DNA of 64,000 nt from Eledone cirrhosa (GCA_964016885.1 OZ024742.1:360964001-361028000), one strand, 5' to 3'. Shown: positions 28,073 through 43,365, counted from the stretch's first letter. Notes: a model not told the origin generated them from the sequence alone. Translations and numbers: made by a program.

Positions 28073-30833
28073 GTGAAGAGTGTCTCGGACAGGATCTCCA
28101 GCCTGTCCGCAAGTAAGGAAATATTCAACAACCACGCGGAATATTACAACGCAGCTCTAATGAAGGCGGCACATGGACAAAATATAACATATAGTCCGAA
28201 AAGCCGGGAGGTGGATAGCCCAACAGACACCCACAACCGCGTTACCAGAGGGGGGAGGGCGAACCCTAACAATACAGGCAGAGCAAAATCAAATAGGCAC
28301 CATGTACCAGACACCACCACACGGGCGGTGGGGACTAGTGCGCTTGACCACGAGATGGAGCACAATATGAGTAGCAGTCTCAGGCGTGATGCTAACTACC
28401 CCAGGACGGACAACCCCAACCGCAGGACACGTGGGGAGGGAGGAAACGGGCGACCACCCCATGATGGATCTCCCGGGGCAGACAACAACCACCCCACAAA
28501 TCCGGGCCGTGAAGATAACAAAAAGTATAGAGCCCAAAAGGGAAGCAACAGTGCGGAAACCACCAGCAAACCAACAAATCTCCAACAAATCACGAAGCCC
28601 CCAACCCACACATATAGGAGGAGACACCGACAAATCACGTGGTACAACCCACCCTACTCAGCGGCCCTAAAGAAAAGCTTGGCCCGATTGTTCTTTGGAG
28701 CACTTGACAAATGCTTCCCGAGGGACCACAGATACCACAGGATCTTCAACAGACACACTGTGAAGCTTTCGTATTCCACCACGAGAAATTTGGCCCAACA
28801 CATAGCTAGCATCAACAGAAGTAGGCTTAAAAACCACACACAACCAGAAGATGGCAATACAAACACTCAGCAGAACCATGTGAAAGGAGGGAAGGGGGGA
28901 CCCAGAGCCCACCCAAGAAACACAAACAGACCCAAGGACCCCCCACCGAGCATGGGGGAAGACCAACATGTAGCACATAATGAGAACCCTAATCTAAGCA
29001 CGCAGAGGCCGCCCACCCTCTGCAACTGTAGAAACCCCGAATCATGCCCCCTTGGTAATGAATGTCTCAAGAAGAACATAGTGTACGGTTGTAGGGTTAA
29101 AACCCCCAACTCCGAACACCTCTACATAGGAGCCACATCAACGAGCTTTAAGGACCGCTGGTACAACCATCGCCATTCATTCAAGAAGGAGGCCAAAAGG
29201 AAAAGCACAGCTCTCTCCGACCTGATCTGGAAGCTTAAGCTGGACAGGACCCCATACTCTCTGGCCTGGTACATAATCAGGAAAGTACCACCCGATAAAG
29301 GGGGATCTTGCATATGCAAACTATGCCTGAACGAGACCCTCGAGATACTAAGAGGTGGAAGCGGCCTGATAAACCTCAGAACCGACTTCTTCGGGACATG
29401 CAGACACCTTAGAGCCGGGACCTTTCTCAAAATATATGGACAGTAGCAACACAAGAAGATGTGAACTCCCCTCAAGCTATAGGGACTTCTACAGAACATG
29501 AAAACACCTCTCGGCCAGACCTCCCTCAAGCTATATGGACAATTACAACACCCTAGGTTGTGAACTCCCCTCAAGCCATAGGGAACAACCCAGGCGGAGC
29601 AGACACCATGATAGCCTAGAGATAGAATCGGACACAGCCATAATAATCTGGCCAACATCTATAACACAAACACTTTTAATTTACCAGATTTCTGACTTTA
29701 AAGTTCCAATCTTAAATCTTGATTTCTCTTTATTAATTTGTTATTTGTTTTCTGCCCTCTTCACTGTATAACCTTATATTTATTTTAAGTTGAGATAGAT
29801 TATAACACAAACACATTGAATATCTCATCTTAACATCGTGTATCATACCAATCTATCCAACATATTCTGACCTTGAGATTGGTTATAGCACACACACACA
29901 CACACTTTATCCTACATTATTTCTCACTTCTCCATATACATTATCATTACTTTTTCACCAATCTCTCATTTACTCTTTATTCTTTATTCTCTATTTATTT
30001 ATTTATTTTCAAATTACACAAATTATATTAATTATTTTATTTTATTATATTATTTATTTATCTTCTGTTTTCTTCATTTATTGCCTTATATTTCTTCATA
30101 CACATGAAAGAACCCCCCCCCCCCGTCACCACCACTACGATGGTGGCGGGTGGGATGAAGAGAAAACACAAACTGAATACTTCTAAATTGTTAGCAGCAG
30201 CAAGGTATAAGCTGACCACTACAACAACAACAGTACCAAAATAATGGTGGAGGTCAAATGTACTGAACAATAGCAGGCATAAACACCACAGGGAGCCTCA
30301 CCCCAGAAAGAATTCTATAGACTTCTGACTGAGGAATGCTCTCAGAACTGAACAATGGGAAGTTTGACACATTTTTTGATATTTTGTTCCTTCAACACCT
30401 TGTCCCTTCTACCATTTTATCAATTTTTAAGTTAACTCCAACAATGACAACACTAATAACTGACCAATGAGAGGAGAAGGGGACCTGTGACACGAAAATT
30501 CGTTTGTTTGAATTCATATGACTCAGTTCCCAGTGAATTAACAACCGAGCAAGGAACTGGGCATATCAGAGTATTGACAATATCATACACCTAAACAACA
30601 TATGTACTTGTCTATACCATACTAATTCAAACTGCCTGAAGAGGTCACAGCCAAAGATGGCTGTCACTGAAATATATATAGCAGTAATAAACGAAGCTAA
30701 ATTTTAATCATTTGACTTTTATTTAACTTTATTTTACACTACTCCGGAGTAACCAAACCAACCTGCGCACTTCGTCGAGTGCTCCAGCCTGCATACTGAG
30801 GGGTTGGTATACAACCAACATAAACTCAAAATC
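28073..30833 (+). mobile_element. Penelope-like element, 3' part (ORF 28073-29446: RT thumb end, linker, GIY-YIG endonuclease; long 3' UTR)
   Basis: WYNPPYS, HRYHRIFNRHTVKLSYS, CNCR..CPL..CL..NIVY, YIGAT..FKDRWYNH, CKLCLNE, INLR..CRH motifs. Hammerhead at 30631; ends in (TA)n. Confidence 0.9.
30631..30685 (+). ncRNA. Type-I hammerhead ribozyme motif
   Basis: actgc CTGAAGA g gtcacagcca aaga tggctgtcac t GAAA tatata TA gcagt: stem I actgc/gcagt, long stem II, minimal palindromic stem III. Confidence 0.85.
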
Positions 30834-30887
<54 letters not shown>

Positions 30888-30903
30888 CATATATATATAC
30901 ATT

Positions 30904-30954
<51 letters not shown>

Positions 30955-30955
30955 T

Positions 30956-31047
<92 letters not shown>

Positions 31048-31049
31048 CG

Positions 31050-31081
<32 letters not shown>

Positions 31082-31247
31082 CATATATACATATATACAT
31101 ATACATATATACATATATACATATACATATATATACATATACATATATATATACATATACATATATATATACATATATATATATATACATACATATACAT
31201 ATATATATACATATATACATATACATATATATATACATATATATATA

Positions 31248-31285
<38 letters not shown>

Positions 31286-31312
31286 CATATATATATACAT
31301 ATATATATATAC

Positions 31313-31345
<33 letters not shown>

Positions 31346-31418
31346 CATATATATATCAGAGCAATATATATATACATATATATATACATATATATACACA
31401 TATATATACATATATATA

Positions 31419-31616
31419 TCAGAGCAAACAGCACGGACACTCTATCTCAAAATTATTTTTGAAAAGCATTTAGAAATGCGCAACCGGTAAAAACTTAAAA
31501 ACTTAAAACCACAACTGAATACTAACCCATACAATCACTAATACTCTTTTATTCCTAATTAAACCATTTTTCAACTGTGAACAATTTGTCAGCATTTTCT
31601 ATTCCGTTTACCAATA
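31419..31616 (+). repeat. Family C 198-bp island in TA/CA tract
   Basis: Appears identical to 40621-40817. Its 3' part matches the fold-back at 18443-19517. Confidence 0.85.
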
Positions 31617-31617
31617 C

Positions 31618-31664
<47 letters not shown>

Positions 31665-31685
31665 CATATATATATATATGTACAC

Positions 31686-31722
<37 letters not shown>

Positions 31723-31735
31723 CATATATATATAC

Positions 31736-31766
<31 letters not shown>

Positions 31767-31781
31767 CATATAGATATATAC

Positions 31782-31846
<65 letters not shown>

Positions 31847-31847
31847 C

Positions 31848-31962
<115 letters not shown>

Positions 31963-31971
31963 TATATATAA

Positions 31972-32035
<64 letters not shown>

Positions 32036-32046
32036 TTATATATACA

Positions 32047-32084
<38 letters not shown>

Positions 32085-32085
32085 A

Positions 32086-32552
32086 TGTAGGAGGTGAGTT
32101 TTATTGTAGTACAATAAAGCAATGCAGATATCGGATAAGAAGCACTCTACAGTTTGTGGGACTGGAGTATGCATAATATAAGATCAAAAGATGGTTAAAG
32201 GAGTTCAATATATTTTATTATGCGCATTTCAAAAACAAACATCATCAAACAATAATATTTGTGTTTTCATCAGATAAAACAGGAGAACATGATATGAAGG
32301 CTAAAAAAACACTTGTTGATAGTGCAGTTTTAAATCAACATATATGTTGATTTAAAACTGCACTATCAACAAGTGTTATAAATCAACATATATGTTGATT
32401 TAAAACTGCACTATCAACAAGTGTTTTTTTAGCCTTCATATCATGTTCTCCTGTTTTATCTGATGAAAACACAAATATTATTGTTTGATGATGTTTGTTT
32501 TTGAAATGCGCATAATAAAATATATTGAACTCCTTTAACCATCTTTTGATCT

Positions 32553-32560
<8 letters not shown>
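32086..32560 (-). mobile_element. Fold-back non-coding PLE-type element (family D) in (TA)n
   Basis: Arms ~32173-32343 / ~32390-32560, with a duplicated central palindrome and unpaired tail 32086-32172. Hammerheads at 32213-32279 (-) and 32454-32520 (+). Confidence 0.9.
32454..32520 (+). ncRNA. Type-I hammerhead ribozyme motif (mirror copy at 32213-32279 on -)
   Basis: ttttat CTGATGA aaac...gttttt GAAA tgcgca TA ataaaa: perfect 6-bp stem I and palindromic stem III. Confidence 0.85.
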
Positions 32561-32591
<31 letters not shown>

Positions 32592-32604
32592 TATATATAA
32601 ATAA

Positions 32605-32689
<85 letters not shown>

Positions 32690-32764
32690 TATTTACATAT
32701 ATATACATATATATATATATATACATATATATATACATATATATATACATATATATATATATAC

Positions 32765-32857
<93 letters not shown>

Positions 32858-32859
32858 CT

Positions 32860-32891
<32 letters not shown>

Positions 32892-32918
32892 CTTATATAT
32901 ATATATATATACATATAT

Positions 32919-33706
32919 ATAATAAATAAATAACAAAGAACGCTTATAGCATATGCATATCTTTACTTGCTAACATTGTTTCATCCACACTATAAGTGGG
33001 ACTCATCAGAGCATAAAGGTTAATTACATACCATACAAGCAATAACAAATCCAAGACATTGAAGAATGAAAGGTAATAATAGACGATAGAGGATAAGAAT
33101 AAAAAGTAAATAAAAATAAAAGTGAAAATAAAAATAAAAATAAGGGGTGCTATCTGTCACAGTTGGGCGGTGTGCTGTCAACATATAGTTACATACAAGC
33201 ATACACATGGATAAGAGAACAGACAAGAGTAGACACATGGATAAGAGAACAGACAAGAGTAGATAAGATAATGGGATTAGGTAAGAGTAGGTAAAAAATA
33301 GGTAAAAAATAGGTAAAAAATAGGTAAAAAACAGACTTATAATATATATATATAAAAAGAACTACAAAGAAATACATAACAAACTTACATATAAAATATA
33401 AAATATAGGGTAAGGAATGAGATAAAATAATATACAATTAAAAATTAAAAATTATATACATAGAACATAATATAGTATAATCGTAAAATAAGATAAAATA
33501 AGGTAAACTAAAATCAAATAACATAGACTAAATTAAAATTAAAATCAAATGTGTAATTATAATTATATGTATAATTAAATGTAATTAAATGTAATTAAAT
33601 AAATAAAGAAAGAAAGAAATAAATAAAAATTAAAAATTAAATAAATAAATAAATAAAATTAAAATTTAAATTTTAAAATTTTAAAATTAAAATCTAAATT
33701 TAAATA

Positions 33707-33753
<47 letters not shown>

Positions 33754-36700
33754 ATGGAGTCAAGTAAGTAAATAAATAAAATTAGATAACATGAAATGAA
33801 ATAAAATAAAATGAAATAAAGTAAATTGAGATAAGATATATATTTTTTTAGAATATATCTCTTGAATATATCAGGGGCCCACGAAGGCACTAAATGTCAC
33901 AGTTATGTGTATCACTTGACCAATTTTTCAAAATACATTTCTTGAAAACATCAGGGGCCCACGAAGGCACTAAGTGTCACAGTCACCAGTATCACTTGAC
34001 CATTGCAAGGCAATGGAGGCGTCCCAGGTTGGGCAGTCTCGAAAGTTCACTCGAAAGTCATGGGTGTGCATTCACACAGTTGAGCGGTGGGGTAATCACA
34101 AACCGGTTCACACACCAATTTTTTAAAAATATATTTCTTGAAAACATCAGGGGCCCACGAAGGCGCTAAGTGTCACAGTCACCAGTATCACTCGAGCGGT
34201 GGGGTAATCACAAACCGGTTCAACACGGGCAGGAGTCAAATGGTCAGAAAGGTGCATCAAAGGAGGTAGAAGAATTCACATGCAAGCGTTAGGTTAAAGC
34301 AAGCAGATACAGTTGTAGCGCATACAAAATACAAAATATAAAAGCCATTAAGTCACCGCATTGGGACATCACAAGATTGTACACATCAATATGTTCAGTA
34401 CGTATATGCACGTATACACACCACATGCACATGCAGAGACGGTATACATATATATATATATATTTTTTTTTATATATATACACACAGACACATATAACCA
34501 CCTACACCCATACACATATAAATCTATACACGGGCACACACGCACACACACACAGCGTAGGATACCCGGGTCAAAGTCGATATTAAATACGATATTAAAT
34601 ACAATATTAAATATTAAACACCGAAATACCACATTAGATCAGACCCACCACCACAGGTAATATATTCAAAACAAATACATACGATGAGATGTATTAAAAT
34701 ACAGTTGAAATCCTACGGAGATATTCATGTCTGCACGTGCCATTGACCGATTCGAGTGTACACAGACCGTTAGTAACTACGGAGGGCCATCGGGGCCAAA
34801 ACGTTACTTTCGGGATCATAAAAACGACCGTCAATATAAGGAAGGCCGATCGTGCTAGAAAGACTACAACCCCGGGTAAGAGTTCCCAGAGGTCAGCCTG
34901 TAGATCTTGAACCACAGAATATGAGGGCAACACATATATGCGCCACGTATCCACTGCTTACGGCAGGATGGCTCGGGTCCGCCACAGTTACAGGCTAAAT
35001 TTCTACTAGTGCAGCCTAAATCACAGTACACGCTTTACATAAATACATTACATCACAACTCATGCGCATACAGAGGTACAAATCAACAAGATATACGCCA
35101 GGATAGGTCCACCAATGCACTAATGGTGGGTAGGCCAGCGTGGATGGGTTACATCCACTGTACCAAACAGGGGTGCTTATTAACATACACTCCCCTGCAC
35201 ACCCCAATATCAAGATCAATATCCTCCCACAGGCATACGTATACATTCACAGACTCGTATACATAGACGACCAACATTAGGAGACAGTTACACTCAGTCA
35301 GAGACAGTTACACAAGACAGCCCAACTGGAGGGATAAGGACGTGCTAGCTAACAGGTTTAAAGTAGAAGAAAGAGCTTAATATTCGGTGGGGGCAAGAGG
35401 AAAAAATTTCAGACTTTCTATTTAGTAGAGGGCATTTAGCAAATATAATAGAGTGGGATTCGGCAAGGCACAGGTTGCATACTCTACTATGAGGAGTATA
35501 TGGATGGGATTTAGCAACCTGCCGCCAAGTAAGTGTGTAAGGTGTCCGTGCATTTTTTAAATTATGGACGTACGCTGCCAAGGAGGTGGAGTTCTTCAGT
35601 TTATTATGTCTAAAAGTGCATTGATGAGAGTTAAACCTGGTCTTAAAGGGGGTGGAAGTTGATCCTATATAGGTCATAGTGGACGCCGTAGTTACCACAT
35701 CACACGCATAAACTATGTTTCTAACAAGGCAGAAACCATTCAGGGGGCAGCCCGAAGCCCTTCTACAGTTACAACCTCTGGTGATGCTATTCTCAGAAAG
35801 ATCACCACCAGTGTCACTGCCCACTCTATCCACTACCGTGTTTTCCCCTAGGCTTAGGTTGTCCAGGCCTTCCTTTATTTTCTTATTATTAGTAATGGCC
35901 AGATGAGAGGCTAGATTTTGGGTTGTAGAATATGAAAGTTTAACAACATTCTTATTGAGGATAGAGTGGTACCTATTACCAGGAGGGAAGTTCCGTTCTA
36001 GCACAGAGAAGAAGGCCCTAGGAATATTTGTAGCCACTTCAGAATTAAAAGGGGGGTTGAAGTATGTATTCAATCTTCTTCTATTCTTTTTATTCTTTCT
36101 ATTTCCATCAGTATTATTAGCATTATTATTTCTACGGTTCCTATGCTCACCTAGTCCATGCGGGGAGCTGCGAGGCCCACCATTGCTATTACTTATACCA
36201 ATGGTGCCCTGCTGGTTCATTCCACCGGCATCTAGAAACCTCCCGTTCACGACACCTCTATTGTTATTACTTAGACTAATGGTGCCCTGCTGTTTCATTC
36301 CACCGGCATTTAGAACCCTCCCATTCGCGACACCTCGATTACCAATGGACATATTATGTGTTATAACAACACTGGTAGAGCCACTATTAGGACCATTATT
36401 TCCCTGGGTGTAATACAATTTGTCCCTAAAGCCGGATCTAGCTAAGGCGTCGTTATAGTAATCAGCCTGCGAGTCAAACGCCTCCTCACTATGTGAGAGT
36501 GAACTTATTCTATTAGATACGCCCTTCATTACATTTAATTATACATATAATTATAATTACACATTTGATTTTAATTTTAATTTAGTCTATGTTATTTGAT
36601 TTTAGTTTACCTTATTTTATCTTATTTTACGATTATACTATATTATGTTCTATGTATATCATTTTTAATTTTTAATTGTATATTATTTTATCTCATTCCT

Positions 36701-37290
36701 TACCCTATATTTTATATTTTATATGTAAGTTTGTTATGTATTTCTTTGTATTTCTTTTTATATATATTATAAGTCTGTTTTTTACCTATTTTTTACCTAT
36801 TTTTTACCTATTTTTTACCTACTCTTACCTAATCCCATTATCTTATCTACTCTTGTCTGTTCTCTTATCCATGTGTCTACTCTTGTCTGTTCTCTTATCC
36901 ATGTGTATGCTTGTATGTAACTATATGTTGACAGCACACCGCCCAACTGTGACAGATAGCACCCCTTATTTTTATTTTTATTTTTATTTTCACATTTTAT
37001 TTTTATTTACTTTTTATTCTTATCCTCTATCGTCTATTATTACCTTTCATTCTTCAATGTCTCGGATTTGTTATTGCTTGTATGCTATGTAATTAACCTT
37101 TATGCTCTGATGAGTCCCACTTATAGTGTGGATGAAACAATGTTAGCAAGTAAAGATATGCATATGCTATAAGCGTTCTTTGTTATTTATTTATTATATT
37201 ACGGCTCTGTCCTCAGACATTGAGCTAACCTCATACTGCCTGCTGGATAAGTGGAGTGTTATACACCCCTGATCCTCTCCCTAGCATACT
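32919..37290 (-). mobile_element. Penelope-like element with inverted pLTRs (ORF 36529-35345, GIY-YIG)
   Basis: YFNPPFN, RYHSILNKNVVKLSYS, CNCR..CPL..CLVRNIVY, YIGST..FKTRFNSH, CNLCLAE, LNRKSE..CPH motifs. 32919-33585 and 36528-37198 are near-perfect inverted repeats; tail 37199-37290; (TA)n on both sides. Confidence 0.92.
37103..37148 (+). ncRNA. Type-I hammerhead ribozyme motif (mirror copy at 32968-33013 on -)
   Basis: tgct CTGATGA gtcc cac ttata gtg t ggat GAAA ca a tg TT agca. Confidence 0.85.
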
Positions 37291-37307
37291 ATATACATAT
37301 ATATACA

Positions 37308-37387
<80 letters not shown>

Positions 37388-37400
37388 TATATATAAATAA

Positions 37401-37527
<127 letters not shown>

Positions 37528-37537
37528 TATATATATC

Positions 37538-37571
<34 letters not shown>

Positions 37572-37604
37572 CATACATGCATATATATATATATATAGAT
37601 ATAC

Positions 37605-37669
<65 letters not shown>

Positions 37670-37683
37670 CATATATATATATA

Positions 37684-37742
<59 letters not shown>

Positions 37743-37966
37743 TATATATATATATACATATATATATATATTTCCTTTCTGAATTTGTTTAGCAAGATTC
37801 TTTAACTGAAATTGTGTGTTGGCAACCTGACCCTCCCAAAGTATAACAATATATATATATACATATACATATATATATACATATATATATATACATATAT
37901 ATAGATAGATATATACATATATATATATACATATATATATACATATATATATATATATACATACAT

Positions 37967-38015
<49 letters not shown>

Positions 38016-38137
38016 CATATATATTTATATATATATATATGCATATATATATATATACATATATATATATACATATATATATATACATATATATATATAC
38101 ATATATATACATACATATATATATACATATATATATA

Positions 38138-39383
38138 CATCATCATCATCATCATCATCATCAACGTTTAACGTCCGTGTTCCACGCTTGCATGGGTTTG
38201 GACGGGGGTAGTCCCACTTGAGGCAAGAGTGATTGTCTTGCTCGCATAGGACTGTCTGGCAGGTTTTCTACAGTTGGATGCCCTTCCTAACACCAACCAC
38301 ATTTACAGTGTGGGTCTGGGAGGTTTTTACCGTGTTGCCTACATGGCCACATTACAGCGTGGACTGTGTGTTTTTTTGTCGTGACACCTACACGATCTCA
38401 TTTGTTTCGGCCTGGATGGCGCGGCACCAACATAACTTTACATAGAACGGGGTGGTGTGGATGGGGTGGGGGTGGTGGCGGGACGGGGTGTATTTTGTTA
38501 GAGATGCCTACTGGCAAGGCGGGTCTTCTCTGTTACTGAGTACCGCCAAAGGTCTCGGTCCAGTGACATTGTCTTGGAGAGGTGTAAGTGTGTGAGGTCG
38601 GAGTTTATCAGCTCATCCCATGTTTTTCTAGGTCTGCCTATTCCGTGGCTACCATCTATCTTTATTGCCCTGCACTTTGTAATACAGCTATCGACTTTCA
38701 TGCGCATCACGTGTCCATACCAACGCAGCCTTCTCTCGAGTAAACAACATCTGATCCCTCTTATCTCTAATTTTTTCCTTAGTTCGTTTATGCTTTGCCG
38801 TTCACGCATATTACTGTTACACATCCAGCGGAGCATGCAAGCTTCGTTCCTCTCTAGTCTGCGTATATCCTCTGCACACAATGCCCAGGTCTCACTACCA
38901 TGCAACATTGCTGTTCGTATGCAGGCATCGTACAACCTGCCTTTCATTTTTAGGGAGAACCCTTTAGCAGCTAATAGTGGTATAAGCTCTCTGAACTTTT
39001 TCCAACCAGTTCTGACTCTAGCTACAGTACTTTCAGAGCACCCTCCCCCACTGCTGATTTTATCGCCCAGGTAACGGAAGCTGTCCACTATTTCTATAGA
39101 ACCCTCTGCGCAATTGAAAGAGCTAGTATTTTGTGGGCAATTGCTGCTACTTATTGCACCAGAACACCGGCCACATGTAAAGTCTATGTTCTTAGTTAGC
39201 TTACCTGTGATCCCACTACATCTTTTATACACCCATACTTTGCATTTAGGACATAAGATGGAGTTTCTACCTACGCCTTTCCTACATACTGAGCACGACC
39301 ATTTCCCAGAAGGGACCGCCGCCTTGTTTTCTTTCCTACAAACTAGAACTTTGGTCTTAGCCAGGTTAATTTTAAGTCCTTTT

Positions 39384-39386
<3 letters not shown>
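38138..39386 (-). mobile_element. RTE-clade LINE, 5'-truncated, (GAT)n tail
   Basis: [40 protein letters not shown] motifs. Near-identical to 49952-51101. Confidence 0.92.
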
Positions 39387-39463
<77 letters not shown>

Positions 39464-39526
39464 CATATATATATACATATATATATACATATATATATAC
39501 ATATATATATATTCATATATATATAC

Positions 39527-39561
<35 letters not shown>

Positions 39562-39566
39562 CATAC

Positions 39567-40104
39567 ATTATTCCGGGTTGAATCGGAGATAACAACAGTA
39601 AGTAAGGTACTCAATACATAGCAGAGTATAAAAGTTTTAATATAGATGAGATTCTACAGGACTAGAACTGTTTCATTCATTAGAAATCATCAGGAATCTG
39701 GGTATCAAAAAATAAATACGGTATTATTAGGTCTCTACAAGTGGTAGGAGAGGGTGGGGAGTGGGATGGGTGAAGGTCATTGGTTGATAGAAAAGGGAAT
39801 TCATTAAAAGCTAATTCTACAAAGCTATAGTTTATTTTTATTTATTTATGTTTTTAGAGTAACAAGGGCAGACAGAATTCTATAAACAGGTTCCGGATGG
39901 CATACCATTCCTTGTCATTAAGTTTCTCTTAAGCTAACAGATGTCTATAAAATCAGTGGGGGGTCAGTCATGGTCCATAGAATTAAAGAAAAGGGAGATT
40001 CTTTAAAAGCTAAAATCATTAAGGTTCTACTAAGTGACAAAGGTCTAGAGAATTCTGCAGACAGATTCAAAATACTGAGTGCATATCTTACTATTATCTT
40101 CGAA

Positions 40105-40106
<2 letters not shown>
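39567..40106 (-). mobile_element. PLE pLTR-like fragment (family E) with hammerhead at 39649-39699
   Basis: Minus strand agattc CTGATGA t ttc taat gaa t GAAA cag ttctagtc ctg TA gaatct. Tail 39567-39640. Stubs at 44820-44866 (+) and 47519-47569 (-). Confidence 0.75.
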
Positions 40107-40141
<35 letters not shown>

Positions 40142-40148
40142 TATATAC

Positions 40149-40284
<136 letters not shown>

Positions 40285-40432
40285 ATATATACATATACAT
40301 ATATATACATATACATATATATATACATATACATATATATATACATATATATATATACATACATATACATATATATATACATATATATATATACATATAC
40401 ATATATATATACATATATATATATACATACAT

Positions 40433-40465
<33 letters not shown>

Positions 40466-40476
40466 TATATATATAC

Positions 40477-40525
<49 letters not shown>

Positions 40526-40620
40526 CATATATATATCATAGCAATATATATATACATATATATATACATATATATACACATATATATATACATATATATA
40601 TACATATATACATATATATA

Positions 40621-40817
40621 TCAGAGCAAACAGCACGGACACTCTATCTCAAAATTATTTTTGAAAAGCATTTAGAAATGCGCAACCGGTAAAAACTTAA
40701 AAACTTAAAACCACAACTGAATACTAACCCATACAATCACTAATACTCTTTTATTCCTAATTAAACCATTTTTCAACTGTGAACAATTTGTCAGCATTTT
40801 CTATTCCGTTTACCAAT
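40621..40817 (+). repeat. Family C island, second copy
   Basis: Matches 31419-31616. Confidence 0.85.
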
Positions 40818-40840
40818 ACATATATATATATATACATATA

Positions 40841-40897
<57 letters not shown>

Positions 40898-40924
40898 CAT
40901 ATATATATATATAAAATATATATA

Positions 40925-40973
<49 letters not shown>

Positions 40974-40999
40974 CATATATTATATATATATGTATACAA

Positions 41000-41032
<33 letters not shown>

Positions 41033-41065
41033 CATATATATATACATATATATATATATGTATAC

Positions 41066-41102
<37 letters not shown>

Positions 41103-41115
41103 CATATATATATAC

Positions 41116-41146
<31 letters not shown>

Positions 41147-41161
41147 CATATATATATATAC

Positions 41162-41230
<69 letters not shown>

Positions 41231-41263
41231 CATATATATATATATACATATATAGCTATATAT

Positions 41264-41366
<103 letters not shown>

Positions 41367-41409
41367 CATATATATATACATATATATATATACACACACA
41401 TATATATAA

Positions 41410-41454
<45 letters not shown>

Positions 41455-41515
41455 CATATATATTTACATATATATATATACATATATATATATATGTATA
41501 TATATATATGTATAC

Positions 41516-41554
<39 letters not shown>

Positions 41555-41583
41555 CATATATATATACATATATATATATATAT

Positions 41584-41660
<77 letters not shown>

Positions 41661-41675
41661 CATATATATATATAT

Positions 41676-41930
<255 letters not shown>

Positions 41931-41954
41931 CACATATATATAAATATATATACA

Positions 41955-42056
<102 letters not shown>

Positions 42057-42254
42057 CATATATATTTACATACATATACATATATATATATATTTACATA
42101 TATATACATATATATATATATTTTGTTTCAATTTATCGTTTTCGGTATGCCTGACCGATTTAACTCACTCGATATGCAAATTAGGCTGCTCAGCCGTTAA
42201 TTTTCATAAGGAAAGTATATACTTTCGAACGTTCAACTATCTGGCAGATGGGTA

Positions 42255-42299
42255 AACGGTGCTGATGATAGCTAACAAGCTTGAAACTAGTACATCGTT
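42255..42299 (+). ncRNA. Minimal type-I hammerhead ribozyme motif
   Basis: aacggtg CTGATGA t agct aaca agct t GAAA ctag TA catcgtt: 7-bp stem I with one G-U, palindromic CTAG loop III. Lies within a unique island 42121-42605. Confidence 0.8.
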
Positions 42300-42649
42300 C
42301 CTGTGTCAGTGTTTAACAAAAAGGTGACGTGGTTGCCTTAACAGAGTATGGCATAAATTTAGGCTGTTCAGTTTGTTTACAAACGAACAAAGCGACGTTA
42401 TAATAAGCGCCGCTAAACTGATACGTGCATATATGTATGTGTACCTGTATGCATATGTATATATATATGTATATATATATATATATGTGCATGCTACTGT
42501 ACGTCTGTATACATATATGTATGTACGTATACATGCATACTTACATTTAAGTAAGTGCCATACTAAGAGTGAGAAATGAAATTTCGTTTTCATTTTGTTT
42601 CAACATATACATATACATATATATATACATATATATATATATATACATG

Positions 42650-43127
42650 CAATATTAAATAAATGGAAAACTATATTTATAAAACCATATTTATTTCATT
42701 ATATATATTTCGGGGATATCATATTAACAATATGCTATGCCTTCATCAGACAAAATACAATATAAACAGTTTTATAGATAAATAGATTCGACATACCGTT
42801 ATAACACCGACTTCATTTGAAGAGGTTTACGCTGGCTGTTTAAACACAGCCAGCGTAAACCTCTTCAAATGAAGTCGGTGTTATAACGGTATGTCGAATC
42901 TATTTATCTATAAAACTGTTTATATTGTATTTTGTCTGATGAAGGCATAGCATATTGTTAATATGATATCCCCGAAATATATATAATGAAATAAATATGG
43001 TTTTATAAATATAGTTTTCCATTTATTTAATATTGTAAATATACTCCAAATATTTGTCGAGTGCTTTTATACCAGTTATAAATATTTACTAGTTGTAACC
43101 CAACAATTTTAAATATAACTTTCCATG
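42650..43127 (+). mobile_element. Fold-back non-coding PLE-type element (family A), apparently perfect 190-bp arms
   Basis: Arms 42650-42839 / 42846-43035 and tail 43036-43127. Hammerheads at 42929-42992 (+; attttgt CTGATGA..GAAA tatata TA atgaaat) and 42693-42756 (-). Confidence 0.92.
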
Positions 43128-43252
43128 TATATATATACATATATATATATACATATATATATATACATATATATATACATATATATATACATATATATAT
43201 ATATATACATATATATATACATATATATATATACGTGTATATATATACATAT

Positions 43253-43289
<37 letters not shown>

Positions 43290-43296
43290 GATATAC

Positions 43297-43365
<69 letters not shown>

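Noticed and set aside
30517-30565. Hairpin starting ATGA in a PLE 3' UTR as a SECIS element
   Set aside because: No GA on the 3' side to form the quartet, and no in-frame UGA in the visible ORF. Stops in the 48-49 kb element are TAA/TAG.
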